A stretch of 64,000 nucleotides of DNA from Anthoceros angustus (taxonomy: Eukaryota > Plantae > Anthocerotophyta). Location: assembly GCA_010909165.1 (NCBI GenBank), contig MU008168.1:806001-870000 (forward strand), in the 5' to 3' direction. Under the pieces are notes generated by a model that had not been told where the DNA came from, did no database searches, and saw only the letters and a program-made list of their open reading frames with translations. Below, in pieces: positions 12,540-26,173 of the stretch; positions within the stretch are counted from its first letter, which is position 1, and every line of letters starts with the position of its first letter. Both the position numbers and the translations under genes were made by a program.

Positions 12540-13300
12540 CCATAATATTTGAACCGGCGGAATATACATCAAGCGGCTTTATGCATGTATATACGCTGAA
12601 CCGGGTTCTGGATGGTCACTAAATCGCCGTTCCTGCATGTAGTCATGGAGAATGTGTTCAAAATTATGGTCGAATCCACATTCCGGTTTAAAATTGCCTG
12701 GAGCACACACGCCAACAAGGGTATGGTGGGGACATGCCAATGGGGTTTGCACTGGTCTAGCACCGATTTCAAACTCCCTTTGTGCCGGGATAATGAAACC
12801 CGACGAGAGTCTTTACATTATTCTGCCTTATAGTGAAGGGGAACGGAAGCCAGGATTTGCAACTGGTTCCCATTTATGGTAAGAAGGTATAGAAAATGAG
12901 CTGTTTATATAAGTGTACAAGGGTGTGCAAACTACATCACAAGACCACCGTGCGGCCCATCGCATGTACACCGACGAAACTTTATCCATTCCCTTTGCAA
13001 ATATGCCCAACATGGCCTTTTAATATCCTTGAGGAGAGTCTGTCTGTCTGCTCCATGTTCCTCTTCACCCCAAAGAAACCAAAGACATGGTATAGGGCTG
13101 GAAAAAGAGCTGCCAAGTTTCACGAACACTGGGTGGGCGCACCGCTAAACGAATCCAACGAATCGAAGTCATGGCAGGTAAGAAATGAAGGGTGTCAATA
13201 GGAACTGAGAAAATGTTGTCGTGATGGGCTTAAGCATGCCACCACAAAGGGTGTGGAAAAAGAGTTGCGTAATTTGGAAGGAGCGGACCATGAGTGGGAT
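12540..13300 (-). repeat. Decayed unknown coding repeat downstream of Sola-like copy 1; inverted homologue at 18065-18860
   Basis: Both copies share peptide blocks IKRPCW, EC(G/D)FDHNFEHI..DY..E.RFSDHP and IKPLDVYS(A)GSNI. Confidence 0.55.
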
Positions 13301-13369
13301 ATATGTCGAGCCGTTCGGTCCTTCACTCCTCCCCGACCTGCACCGCTTTCTCCATGTGGAATAAATGCG

Positions 13370-16300
13370 TCATCACCATCATCCTCGCCGGCCCACCGCC
13401 GAGGGAGTGGTTGAAGATGGGGACGGAGGGCACTTAACTTCTCCTTGATAGCTTTTTATCCGCCACAGATGATGTTTCCTAGAAGTGAGATTGAACCCAT
13501 AGTACACAATGACCGCCTTATGTACAAACAACTCAACGCGGTGGCTTCCATGCTTTTGCACCTTTGTTGGTAAGATGAAATTGTCTACCCTCCTGGCCCC
13601 AAGTATTCTCCGACATACTTGCCCCTCGAGGCATCGGTGCTCGGTTCGCCACCGCACCGCAAGTATGGGTCATCGGGTCGGTGCACACTCAACACCAACC
13701 CGTAATGCCTTGTGTGTGTCCCCTCACAAGGTGACAATAAACATACCTTTTTAATCTCCGTTATGTCACCATTCATGCGCTCGACCTCTTGCTCCCTGCC
13801 TCCACACTGGTAAGCACCCAAGTACATGTCCGTTGAGGCACATCTCGCAATAAGGCTTCGCCCAAGATAGCCTCGAACTCGCAGTGTACAAGTGCAAGTC
13901 CGCTGCAGATCTATCATACCACTTCCACGGACTTTTCAACACAAGGCCAATGCTATTGTCCACTATAGTTGCAATCTCCTCTTGATCCTTCCAAGTCATT
14001 CCACCACCTCCTCCGCCGGGTTAACATATGTGGAAAGTTTTGCAAACCCTTCCTTAAGTGCTCTACTCCTTCCCGCAGTGAGCTTTCCATCGCTTTCTTG
14101 TCCTTGGCCTCAGAGCTAGGTGGTTGTGGGTCCTATCTCAAAGATTTGGAATAAAAGACAAGAACTCAGCCCATCTTCCTGCTTTCCCATAACGGTGAGG
14201 TCGAATCGCTTACTCGGAACGGTAACTTTACCCCCGCTTTTTTTCCTCCGCGTGATTTTGAATTGGTGTTGGAATGATAGATTGTTACTGCGACACTTTA
14301 AACTTCCGAGCACCGCCTGCTTTCAACGGCCGAAAGAACGGAAGTCCGGAACCTCGGTCGACCTTCACTGGGTTTGGCGTGAACGCCTTGGTCAATATAT
14401 ATCCCGCATAACGGAAGAGTTTTGGCCTCTTTGTGCTTCAAATGCTTGGAGAAACACGAGAACATTTGGTCAATCGGTCATGTGTGTGACCGACAAGAAG
14501 AACCCCACCTTCACTTTCTCAAATGTCCCCATCTCCACGAGCATATTCGGATAAGCAAACAGCTTGATTCTTGTTCTCCGACATGTGTTGTCCAAATTGC
14601 AAATATAGAACCTTGGGAAGTAAGATATGTATGTATCACATCTTGTATAATGCATATGGTTAAATTAGCATCGTTCAAATTTGCGTAGTGCAGACACGCC
14701 TTGAACGTGTGATTGTGAATCATACACCCCACCACATGGAAACACGGCTATCTTCCTTTAGCTCCTTAGGCCATCTAAGTATATGCGGTAAAGATGTTTT
14801 TTCTCGATCCATACCATCGATACATAATAACATGTACTTGTGAGGCTCGGTATCCTTTCGCTCGATGTTTTGTCAACTTCTTCCGCTCCTCCATAAGCTT
14901 TATGCGATGTTTTGTTCAATGCCTCCGATATATATCGCCATACAACCAAATGTCATGGGTGTCCATCAAGGACATATACCATCATTCACGACCGACCCTC
15001 CCACTAACGCCTCATTTCAAATGCAATAGGCGAAGGGTCGACCATTATAAGTCAGGTCTAGGCGATTGTCCGTAGGGGCAAAGGGCACCTAACCGCCTCG
15101 AGAGGTCAACCTAAGCGAACCTAGGGTTCCGGTGTTGTGGTCGCATTGAGGCCCTCAATGGTCCTCAACGCTAGGGCGAAACCAGGCGCTCTGAAAATCT
15201 TGGCGAAAGTGTCCAGCCCGCTCATTTTCAACCCCAATATGGGCCGGGCCCGTTCCTCCTCCCCTTTCCCATCCCCTTCCACCTTTCCACCGGCGGCAGC
15301 ATCCGCCCCTCTCCTCCCTGCAGGCCCGGCATGCCGTCCCGTGCCCTTTCCACCAAGGCGCGGCATGCTGCCCTCATCCTCCCTGCGGGCCCGGCATGGC
15401 GCGCCCTCGCCTCCGAGGGGCGCATGCCGACGCCTCCATCTCCCCTCCCCGGCCGGAGGCGCGCGGCATCTGCGCCTCCTCCTCTCTCCAAACTCGGGCG
15501 CATTCTAGAGAACATGCCTTCCGCAAGGGCCGACCGATCGTACCTCGACCAAGGGTCAACATCCACCATCACAACCACCGGGCGTATCGGATGGCCCACT
15601 CGTGTGACGCCCAACCCCCCCTTTATACCATGCGGAAAACGGTGTGCGGCGATGAGCATGATCTGCGCGATCCGATTGCTCGGATGTTGAACTTTAGACG
15701 CAGAGAACATGTTGAAAATCGATTGGATTTGGGTATCTTCACGCTTGAAGTTCTCCCATAGTCTCGTAAAATACGTCACGAAATATCAGCCCGTTTTGCT
15801 CCATGCCACATTTGTATTGTGTCCACACTTCTAGCTTGGTGAAAGTGTCGAAGATTGTAGACTTCAACATTAGGCGGCCGCCTGCTTCGAAATGTTGCAT
15901 CCATCCATGCTATAGCGCCCAATGCATGAGATGATTTCACCGGGGTTTGGCTTGCTACCATCCCATGGTGAATTCAACAAGATTACCCTTCACCTCCTCA
16001 TACCTTTCCGACCCTATGCAATACACCCTTCCAAGGATTTCGTGCAACACTTGATTGGAACGGTCTGTGAAAGCATGCACTCTTTCCTTTCGATCCTTGG
16101 TCAGCCTTACAAGGGTCTCTAAGTATGTCTCCGACCTTCCCAACATAAGAAACCTTTGCCTCTCTTCTTGGAAACCCTCGAAAGTCGTTGGATACATAGT
16201 TTGTTGCAACACGGTTTCCGAAATCTTGCGTAACCGTGTCCGCCTTCTTCTTCAAGGAGACACCACCGCCTTTGCAAACGAAACCTGTCGCTCGCCTGCA

Positions 16301-16400
16301 ATGTCTCCGACATTGGCTTCGATGATACGACGCCGAGAGGGAGGGAACGGGAGGGGAACGCTATCGCCAGAATATCGCTCCCCAATGCACCAAACACTCC
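13370..16400 (-). mobile_element. Sola-like DDD transposase pseudogene, copy 1
   Basis: Frameshifted VLYLQLDNT..ENKNQ..FAY.NMLVEMGTFEKVKVGF.LVGHTHD.IDQMF (14460-14612); N-terminal HG..AIAWMD..F block near 15900; C-terminal IGLVLKSPWKWY. Confidence 0.65.
15290..15485. repeat. GC-rich GGCATG(C)-containing imperfect tandem repeat inside Sola-like copy 1
   Basis: Recurrent cggcatg(c) units with ccctc/ctccc spacers; the same style of array occurs at 36610-37080. Confidence 0.5.
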
Positions 16401-17501
16401 ACACGGCGGGGCGAAAGACCTCATGGCACGCTCATTTCGACCGGGCGGGCGATCTCGCCTCCGGCTAAGTTCCATAGCCGCATACAAGTTCAGTTCCGGG
16501 CCGTGGCACATAGGGGGCACGAATGGTTATGAGTCCTTCGCCATCCCGAGCTCGCATACGATTTTCACGAACAAGGTGAAGCACATCGTCATCCACAACG
16601 ACACCACTCATCGCCATCCGCTTGCCTCCCGAATTTCCAGCTTGTCTACATAAGCTTGTGTTCATACACACAGTTGTCCACAAAGAGCATTCGGAAAACT
16701 CGGTCCTCATCGGCAAAGTTCGCGCTTAAAATGATCGCTGAATGCCCCTTCGATCGCATGGTCTCTTTGTGAGGGCAGGCATTCCCGTGATGCCAACAAG
16801 TTCCCGCCATCCGCAGAGTCAAGCCGCATGACACCCACTTATGAACCCACGAGACAAGGGACTCGAATGGAGGCGAACGCGATATGAAAATTACCTCGTG
16901 TCTTCATCGGTATGGGTGGAGTGGAGCATGCGAAGAGACGCGTCGGAACGCGATCCCAAAGACCGTGAACAAGGAGGAATACAAGCCTCGCACAATCATA
17001 TTAGACATAGCAACTATCGCGGATGCCTCGGAGTGGCATCTTTCCAAAGACTTGGGAGAAGATTTATCTACGTGATCCGACGCTTATTCACAAGCTCATT
17101 AAAGTTGCGGCTTTTGCCGTTAGGGATCGGAAGGCTTTAATGTATGCGCAACACGGTTGGAAAACATGGGCCACCGCAATAAAATCGTGGCAAAGATAGC
17201 TGCCACACCAAATAAGGGTAAGTGGAAAAACCGACAACGCCGACACGCTCACCGCCCTATTTAACCCTTGCCCCGATTTTTGTAAGCTTTTCCTTTCCGT
17301 AATGGAGCGCTCACCGGCTCACACCGTGTTCATCCGCACAGTTGCGCCCACCGCAAACCAAGGAAGGCCTTCGCCTCCAAGCCGCCGCAGGAGGAGGCCA
17401 TTGCGCGCCGTGATTTTGACCAGGAGGTGCGCGCCACGCCTAACGTGTGCGCCTTGAAGGAGACGGTGTCTCACCGTATGCATCCGTTGCTTGTGATGGC
17501 A

Positions 17502-18065
17502 ATGGCAAGTGGGCGGAAAGAAGAAGGACTTAAGGTGAGTGGGAGAAGAAGGCCCGCCGCATGTGGAGAAACCTAAGCGCCAAGAAATCGAAAGGAAGAA
17601 GGCGATCACACCCGCAAAGAGGAGATGATGGACACCAGTTCGGCCGACTGGTCTTCCAACTAAGGCGCACCTTGAAGGCGAACGCAGGCACGCGTTGGAG
17701 CGCGGCGAACTCGGATCCCGGGATCGCCAAGGTGAGCACAACGAAGGAGGGAGGGAAATCAGGGATGGCAAACTCACAGAAGACAGCTGCCGCAAATTCT
17801 AATCCTTCGCCTTTTACGTTTGAGGAGACTGTTCAATTGCGCAGACACACTAACCAGATTGATGACGATTGTCCGAGAGAAGGACTGGCTTTTGACACAG
17901 AGTGCAGAACCAGATGAAGACAATGTGGTGTGGACACCAATGTTGAAATTATGGATTTATGGCTACAACGGTGCTTTCGAATCGTAGAGCCGTAATGGAT
18001 TTGTGGTGGCGGGCAACGTTAATAGAAGGAGATCCGGATATTCGTGTCTTGGTGACTGGCCTTAT
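17502..18065 (+). pseudogene. 5' part of divergent companion ORF of Sola-like copy 1 (homologous to 35545-36050)
   Basis: MASGR...VEKPKR...EDNVVWTP..MDLWLQRCF..LIEGDPDIRV aligns with MASGR...VDKPKR...EDTMVWTP..MDFWVQWCF..VVDGE.GVRV. Confidence 0.55.
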
Positions 18066-18860
18066 GGCATGGTCAGTCCTAAGAACTTATGGCGCAACCT
18101 TTTGTAACACCCTTTGCATGATGGCCGCCGACCTCCTTAGGACCACATTTTGTGCGTCTATTCTTAGTGGCCCCTTCCATTGTCACGGGGCACTGCCATG
18201 GCTCGCTTCGATTAGTGGAATTCGCTTAATGGTGGTGCCAACCCAATGTTTCCGAGTGAAACTGGCAGCCCCTTTCCGTGCCAAGATGCCAAATTGTGGT
18301 TTTGTTGAGGGTTCACGTGAACATGGTACACTACAAGAGATTTCTCCGCCACAGATATATCAAAAGGCCATGTTGGACCCGTTTGGTGCGCAGTGAATGG
18401 CTAAGGGCCTCACGCATAGTAGGTGTATGATGGGCGCTGCATCCGGCGCCTATCGCTGGCTGTGTAGTTTCCTCACCTTTCTACCATAGAGGAACCGCGA
18501 CATTTTCCATACCTTGCCACCGTAAATGTGAACCGGATGCAAAGTGGCTTTCATTCCTTCAAAGATAAGACAATATATTGTAAACATCACGGCGGGTTTC
18601 CGCATCCCAGCACAAAGGGAGTGTGAAGTCGGTGCTAAATCATTGCAAACCGGGAATGTCCCCACTGACCTTTTTGCGTACTGGTGCTCCCGGTAAATTT
18701 GAAGTAGAATGTGATTTTGACCATAATTTTGAACACATTATCCGCGATTACATACATGAACAGCGATTTAGTGACCATCCACAACCCGTTCAGCGTGATA
18801 TTCATGCATAAAGCCGCTTGATGTATATTCCGGCTCAAATATTATCGTGTTTGATGTTCT
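18065..18860 (+). repeat. Inverted homologue of 12540-13300 unknown coding repeat
   Basis: For example ccataattttgaacacatt and tttagtgaccatcc here are the reverse complements of aatgtgttcaaaattatgg and ggatggtcactaaa at 12610-12670. Confidence 0.55.
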
Positions 18861-19377
18861 TCTCCACGCTAGGGTTCCTGCACCGCCGCCTTCTTGGGTC
18901 CCATAATCGCCGGCCCGTCCGGCCGTTGTGGCTTGATGGCCGACAATTCTCTTACTGCGGCTCCGCGCCGAGCGCCCGCCACGAAAGAGGGTCGCTCGGC
19001 GCTTTTGGCCTAAGAGATAGTGCGAGAGGTGGTGCTGAAAAGCAGTGATCGCGAAATCGCCTGACGGTCGGAGAATGGCCTTATCTCGGCCGAACGCCTG
19101 GGAGAATCAAGCGCGGAGGGCGCCCGCCGCCGGGTGAATCGCCGAGTCCTGCATTGCTTACTCTAGCCTTACGCTGCCGTCGCCGCTGCTCGCATACTCT
19201 AGCCTTACTCTAGCGCATGTACCCAGGGCGTGGTTACTTGCCCATAACGGCCACTGACAACCCTATGGTCCTGGTCCATTGCATGCTTGTCCCCCTCCCA
19301 GCACCGTCCATGTGGCCCCCTTGCCAAAACACGCTCCCCGTTCCAAAGTTACCTTTCCCGGCGTACTTATCGTGACT

Positions 19378-19469
19378 TACTCCGGAGTGCAGTCCGAACT
19401 CACCCCGGTCTACTCCGAAGTGCGGCCCGGAGTCACCCAGGCCACTCCAGAGTGCCGTCCGGAGTCACC
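19378..19469 (+). repeat. Short ~31-bp tandem repeat x3
   Basis: actccggagtgcagtccgaactcacc / actccgaagtgcggcccggagtcacc / actccagagtgccgtccggagtcacc. Confidence 0.6.
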
Positions 19470-20619
19470 TTATCCTTATGCGCTTCGGTCGTTCATCCCT
19501 TTTTTACTCGTCCTGACCTTATATCTCCCTTCTCGCCTTATTTCCCACTCCCCACTAACAAAAAAACAAAAACTAGCTCATTACCTTCCTAAGGGGGAGA
19601 GCCCACGGTCCACACCGGTGTATAGTCACGCCGGTGTATATTCAGCCATACGCTTGGGCTCGACTCCAGACCAGTACATTTTTAGGTTCCATTCATTTTA
19701 ATTGCCAACAGGTTTTGGCCTTTCGCTAGTTGACTTGCGTGCAACTTCAAGGATGTATTAGTAACATGCTATTTAGTGAAGGGGGTGATTATTCAGCATG
19801 AGGGTTTTCTGCTCTTTATTTGCCGAAGGGGGTTTTGGATGGGTGTTGAATCCTTTGTTCACCGCTTGTGCTGGAAAAGATGATCAGAAAGAAGGGTGAA
19901 CACCAACACTGCATAGCTTGCCGATGACATGTGGAGCAATGGTTGTAGTTTACACCTATGCCGACTTTAGAGCCCATTTACAGACCCAAAATGGAGCACC
20001 ATGATCGCTGTGAAGATGAGTACATTTGACGATGCCCCACAAACAATCGGGAAAACATGGTCCAACCAATGTCGAACTCTATTTCCCCAGAACGCTTCCA
20101 CGGGGTGGTGGTATGGGTCATAGGAATCCTTCTGCACGACATGGAATTCATGGAATGGTGGGTGGCGCCGCCAGCCGGCGCCCGCACCGCCTCCCACAAT
20201 CCCGAAAGTGATATGTCATCTCCTATCCCTTGGTAGGTTGGAGGAATCGATTTTGAGACAAGAGGGTCAGTATGTGTGTCACCAACCATCCGACAGATGC
20301 TATGTATAGTCATGTGACTAGCCGTGATCAAAATGAAAGTGCTGGGTATGGATGCATTATTAGTGATGCATCGAAGCCCTAAATGTGCACATGCTCTAAA
20401 TGTGCAAATTTAAAAAGGGTGTCCCGAATCTGGCTTTTTAGGACTAAACCGCCCAAGACTTGGAGTGGAGTTTCCATCTACCATCTTGTAGAATATACAG
20501 TCGTTTCAAACTTTCCCCAATGACTACTACAATGAACGATTGTAATGTGTTTCCCTTCTCAAAGAAAATGAGGCTACCGCACTTTTAACATTCAAGTGCA
20601 ATCTACTCTCCTTCTAAAT

Positions 20620-22930
20620 TGACGCCGTCATCTTCGTAGGTTCGGCATCATCACCGTCATCTTCACATCCTCTGTGCCACTTTGACTTGCTGGTTGTATG
20701 AAGCCCGCAATTCATTCACTTGTCCTTGATTGCCTTCTTGTCACCGTGACAGATGTTTAGAATTCAAGGTGAAACCATAATACAAGATGACGGTTTTGTG
20801 TACATAAACTTCTGAATATTTTTAGGTTCAACCCTTCGACCCCTTTTCCCCGGTTTGTTGCTTGGCTCGGCATCCCCCAATTATGTATTCTTCAACGTAC
20901 CTACCCTCAAACGCATCTGTGCTCGCCTGTACTGGAACAAGTAAGTGAGGTGGGTCATCAAACAAAACCGTCAATCACCTTCCCAATCCAAAATGGTCTT
21001 GTAGCGTGTCCTCGCTGGAACGCAATGAACATGCCCTTATTTATTTCAACACATCACCATTCAAACGTGTCATTCCTCCCATTGTCTTTCCAAGTTTTGG
21101 TATCGTCCCAAATACATATCTCGTTGTGGAAGGTCCTCAACAACGCCTCGTAATAAAGCTTCATCATCAAGTCGCAGAGGTTGGCATTTACTGGACCTCG
21201 AATACCACTTCCAAGGATGGAGGACGAGCCCAATGTTGTTTTGAATAACAGAATCTCTTGTTGGTCCACCCAAAAGCTTCCCACCATTTGTATTCCTCCG
21301 ATGTCACATAAGGCCTAAGGGCCGAAAGACCTTCCTTCAAATGAGCCACACCATCCGTAGGTGATAAGTCACCAACTTTCCTTTTCTATCCCTTGACCGG
21401 AGGCGGTTAAAGGCTTTATTGTGTCCAACGCACGAATGTCAAAAACTCAACCCGGCCTCTCTGTCTCCCAATAGGCTGATGTGGAATCGCTTGCTCGATG
21501 TGATTACAAACCCACGGTCACCTTTGGCTTCTCTCGTAATTTTGAATTGGTCTTTGGAAAGAGGTTGTTTAATTTTTTAGCCTTGTATGCGTGTCCACCT
21601 TCCCCTTATGGGCCAAACATATGACCGAAGTCCGAACTTGATCAATATCTTCACCTCCTGTGGAGTGTACGCACTAATCAAAATCTCGGCGGCGGGAAGA
21701 GTGTGAGCTTCCTTGTGTTTTAAGCTTTTGAAAAGCATGAAAACATTTGGTCGATTTGATCATGCGATGCCCCACCAACAAAACCCCACTTTCACCTTTT
21801 CAAACGTCCCCATGTCCACGAGCATGTTGAGATATGCAAAGCAATGATTGATTCTTGTTCTCTGCAGTGTTGTCCAATTGCAAATATAACACTTTCGGCA
21901 ATACTCCTTCGTAGTTATGAATAACATCACGGATGATGGTAATCGTAAGATTGGCATCATTCCAAGTTCGCATAATGCAAGTAAGCTCTTGCCTTAAAGC
22001 GTGTAATTGTGGATCATGCACCCAACCACATGAACTGAATCGGCACTCCTCATCCAAGTTCTTTGGCCATCAAGTAGATGGGAATCTCCGTCTTCTTTTG
22101 GTCCATTCCATCGATTGAAAGTAGAAGGTACATATGTGGTTCTACATAACTCTTGCTCCTGCCATCTTGACCGCTCACGATGCTAAGCGATGGGCATCTA
22201 AAGCCGCTTGATATTTTTGTTTTGACATACACACTCGTCGGTACATTTGAAGAGACATCCGATTAGATATGAAGGACCCTCCTATCTTTGAGACGCGCGA
22301 CGTCCCAAATCAACGGAGGAAGAACCTTCATGTTCCGTCCTAAGCGCATTTGCGAACAATTGGGTGGCGTACTCGAGCAACCACAATCCATGCCTTCGGC
22401 TTTTGGTTATGGAGCGGCGGCCGGCCACATGTATAAATTGTAGGGTGACCCTATGGTCCTTCGCCATGTGGGCGTTGGCGATTGGTATCCCTCGGTAGGA
22501 ACCTATGGTGCCGTTAAAGAGCACTGGAGGTGGGCGTGGCCATCTCCGGTGCTCTTCAACGCACCATAGGGTTCTTGGCCTCCAGGGCCGGCGGCGTCCA
22601 CATGTCTGGTGGCCTCGGGGTTTCATCCCAAGGGTTTTGCATATGTGGGGACGGTCTGGCGTCACCCATCCCATCATACAAAGATCGTAAGACCGGTTAT
22701 AGGGATCTTGCCCATAAAGCCTCGAGTTCAAAACAACCATTCCCCACTCAAGAAAACCATTCCATAAGTTCCCATGCATGTCAAGCCCGAAAGTGGTAAC
22801 AATTACCTTGATCGGATTTGTGGGGTTCCTAATTGTGCTCTTGAGACTGCGAGTGAGCACGTGGAAAACCTGTTGGATTTTGGTATTTTCACTCTTGGGA
22901 AGTTGCTTTTCCATAACTTCAAGAACCATG
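20620..22930 (-). mobile_element. Sola-like DDD transposase pseudogene, copy 2
   Basis: LLSIDGMDQKKT, DANLTITII, LPKVLYLQLDNT.ENKNQ, FAYLNMLVDMGTFEKVKVGF, IGLVLHPWKWY. Confidence 0.7.
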
Positions 22931-22949
22931 GATATTTCACATTATAATA

Positions 22950-25020
22950 AACTAAGTAGTGAAAAGAAATCAAAATCTATATAATAATATTTTTTTAGAG
23001 AATTCAAAGACTTTATAGATATTTGAAAGTATACATCCAAGTTCTCACCGAGAGTTTGAACTGCAGGAACCCTTGTAGGTACTAACTACTGGCAACTCCG
23101 CACACGACAGAGTCAAGGCAAGGTAGGATGTTTAGAACTGATAGCTCCGTAGATCTATGAAGCTGGGGATTAGTAACACCCCATCTGGGCATTGATCTGT
23201 CCAATTGCGAAGGGCGCTTAATTAGGGAGTTCAATGAACCCATGTTCAATGACCCCTATGCTTGGATGTCACTCCTTTGAACCGTCCGATCACGAAGGGC
23301 GCTTAACTGGGGAGTTCAATGAACCCATGTTCAATGAACCCTATATAGGTCTCGATGTTACCTCTTTGAACCATCTGATCATGAAGGGTGCTTAACTAGG
23401 AAGTTCAATGAACCTATGTTTAATGAAAACAAACAATGGAGACTTTATTAAGAAGAAGAGATGGGAAAACCCATCTACCGAACCGAGGGGACAACCCACT
23501 AAAGGGCCAAGAGCTAGGGCTAGCCTAGCCCCACGAATGCCAAAGCTCCCTACCAGTCCGATTGTCGTCGTCCGAGATGAGGAAAGGCCTACCTACTGGT
23601 GTCACGATGTCAGCGTCTCTTATACTCGTTGCCATCTTGTAAATAGCATTGGCCAATGCCCTGCAAGCGATGGATACACGCTATCGATAGAAATAGACCA
23701 CCGAGGAAAGAGGGAGACCCACCCGTTCCGAGCGGCTGTGGTAGGCTTTAGCACAATCGTTAATGAGCCGGAAAANACTAAGTAGTGAAAAGAAATCAAA
23801 ATCTATATAATAATATTTTTAGAGAATTCAAAGACTTTATAGATATTTGAAAGTATACATCCAAGTTCTCACAGAGTTTGAGCTGCGGGAACCCTTGTAG
23901 GTACTAACTCACGGCAACTCCCGCACAGCGAGTCAAGGCAAGGTAGGATGTTTAGAACCGATAGCTCCGTGATCTATGAAGGCGGGATTAGTAACACCCT
24001 ATCGGCATTGATTCCAATTGCGAAGGCGCTTAATTAGGGAGTTCAATGAACCCATGTTCAATGACCCCTATGCTTGGATGTCACTCCTTTGAACCGTCCG
24101 ATCGAAGGCGCTTAAGCTGGGAGTTCAATGAACCCATGTTCAATGAACCCTATAGGTCTCGATGTTACCTCTTTGAACCATCGATCATGAAGGGTGCTTA
24201 ACTAGGAAGTTCAATGAACCTATGTTTAATGAAAACAAACAATGGAGACTTTATTAAGAAGAAGAGATGGGAAAACCCATCTACCCCGAACCGAGGGGGG
24301 ACAACCCACTAAAGGGCCAAGAGCTAGGGGGGCTAGCCTAGCCCCACGAATGCCAACCCGAAGCTCCCTACCGTCCCGATTATGTCGTCGTCCGAGATGA
24401 GGAAAGGCCTACCTACAACTGGTGCCGCTGATGCCGCGTCTCTTATACTCGTTGCCATCTTGTAAATAGCATTGGCCAATGCCCTCTGCAAGGCGATGGA
24501 TACACGCTATCGATAGAAATAGACCACCGAGGAAAGAGGGAGACCCACCCCGTTCCGACGACTGTGGTAGGCTTTAGCACAATCGTTAATGAGCCGGGAA
24601 AACTCCTTGTCCATAGCCCCTTGACTCTCAATGGCGAGGGAGATGAAGGCATGGCTGTCCTGCAAAGGTGTGTACTTGTGTACCTTAGCTAAGTCGCGCC
24701 CTCAAAAGCCATGAAGGGTATGCCGGCTCCATGGACAATCCCAGTGGGCTGCTTGAGTCAGGGGTTGCATCCCCTCCTACAACGCTCCTGACGGTGGCTT
24801 CCCCACCTCGGGTCCTTCTTCACGGTGGGCTGGCTCCACCACCGTGGTGGCTTCCTAGCGGTGGTTGTTTTACCACCCTTGATGGGCCCTCTGCCTTCTT
24901 GACTGCCCGTCTCTCTTGACCACAGCCTAGAACAGTCCATGGGAGGGTTAGTGTACATGTGGTCTTCCACAGCTTCATAGGCCAATATACGCTGAACAGG
25001 GTTCGTGATGGGTATCAAAT
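22950..25020 (-). mobile_element. CRE-like (RLE) non-LTR retrotransposon remnant with 3' tandem repeats; its 3' part appears twice across an N
   Basis: KVHKYTPLQDSHAFISLAIESQGAMDKEFSRLINDCAKAYH...RVSIALQRALANAIY, homologous to 11560-11780. Segment 22951-23775 is repeated at 23777-24602. Confidence 0.65.
23211..23425 (+). repeat. ~85-bp tandem repeat (about 2.5 units) in LINE 3' region; duplicated at 24022-24232
   Basis: Unit gaagggcgcttaa..ggagttcaatgaacccatgttcaatga.ccctat...tttgaacc.tc.gatc starts at 23211, 23294 and 23383. Confidence 0.75.
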
Positions 25021-25800
25021 TGGTTCTATGCTACATAGTTAGCGGAAAACACTAAAAAATTATGCTGTTCAACATGTGGATCATAGGATCCATGGATGAC
25101 GATTGGAACAAGAAGAATAGTGCATGCATACATACATGATTCCAAGGGAATGGAGACCCATGCCGTAACAAAGTGCATAGACGCAGAACGTATGAATCTG
25201 TGCGCTGTAGTAATTGCGGCTTATTTATGTATGTCCTCACGGCCTCGCCAACCCAAAAACTATAATGCATGGACTTTCGGAAAAGGGAATACATCGGCTG
25301 AACACCTCGCAATATGCAGGATACCGTGGTCTAATTCGGGTGAGAGGGTTAGGGCGCCGGCATGCCGGCGCCCATTTTCATGTCGGCGCTCTAACGCCAT
25401 GGTCACTTGCTCATTCGAATGTGCAAGGAGAGCAGGGGTCGGGGGTATATGCGCCGGCATTCAGGCGCATTTAGCCATGACCCCTGCTCTCCTTGCAACA
25501 TCTAAATGAGATAGTGCGGTCGATCAACCGATGCCATACTGGTAATTCTCTGTTTTTGGTCACATGAGGCGGAGGAGCGTAGTTTTATCCCCGTGTCCTG
25601 TTCTTTGAGCAACACCCCTCAAACTAGGGTTGGGGAAACAAAGTGTGATGAACAATAGGGATTTGGGATCTCTACTTCACTGCGAAAATGTTCAATGAAG
25701 AAATCGATCATTTTCATGTAAGGGGGGCCCCGCATGCCCGTAGTAATAACATTTTCTTTGTGATACGGGAGATAATAAAATTCACTCACAACCTGATACT

Positions 25801-26034
25801 TGACGAAAAGCAAATATAACGCAGATTAATTAAGCAACAAGCAATAATTACATCATATTAATCATAAAGAAGTAAGTAATGTATAAGTGCTAAACACCTA
25901 TATTGGTTTTACGAAACGATATGACTTTTCGCCTAAGGGACGTAACCCTAATGAAAGGGTAAGCTGACTCAACTTAATTTAACCCTAACTTATTAACATG
26001 CTAACAACACCTAAACGACTTAGGTTTTTCTTCA
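25801..26034 (-). repeat. 3' LTR of Copia family A
   Basis: Direct repeat of 32666-32899, preceded on the - strand by the PPT. Confidence 0.95.
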
Positions 26035-26173
26035 CTCCCACTTGTTGTAGCAGGTTAAGTATAGGACTATCCTCCAGAGCATCGCCTCATGACAGTCTCT
26101 TGAGCTTCTCCAGTGTCTTCACGATTGTGTACCTTGTGCAAACCATTACGCTCCAGCTTGCGCCTAGAAAACC

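Noticed and set aside
15121-15761. Overlapping GC-rich ORFs on both strands (also 36400-37260, 58700-59700)
   Set aside because: Stop-poor GC-rich repeats give spurious ORFs without domain signatures.
23211-23425. CRISPR-like array
   Set aside because: Whole units are repeated with no unique spacers, there are no cas genes, and the context is eukaryotic.
22951-24602. 825-bp tandem duplication as a biological repeat
   Set aside because: The two copies meet exactly at an N (23776) and differ by small indels, typical of unmerged contig overlap.
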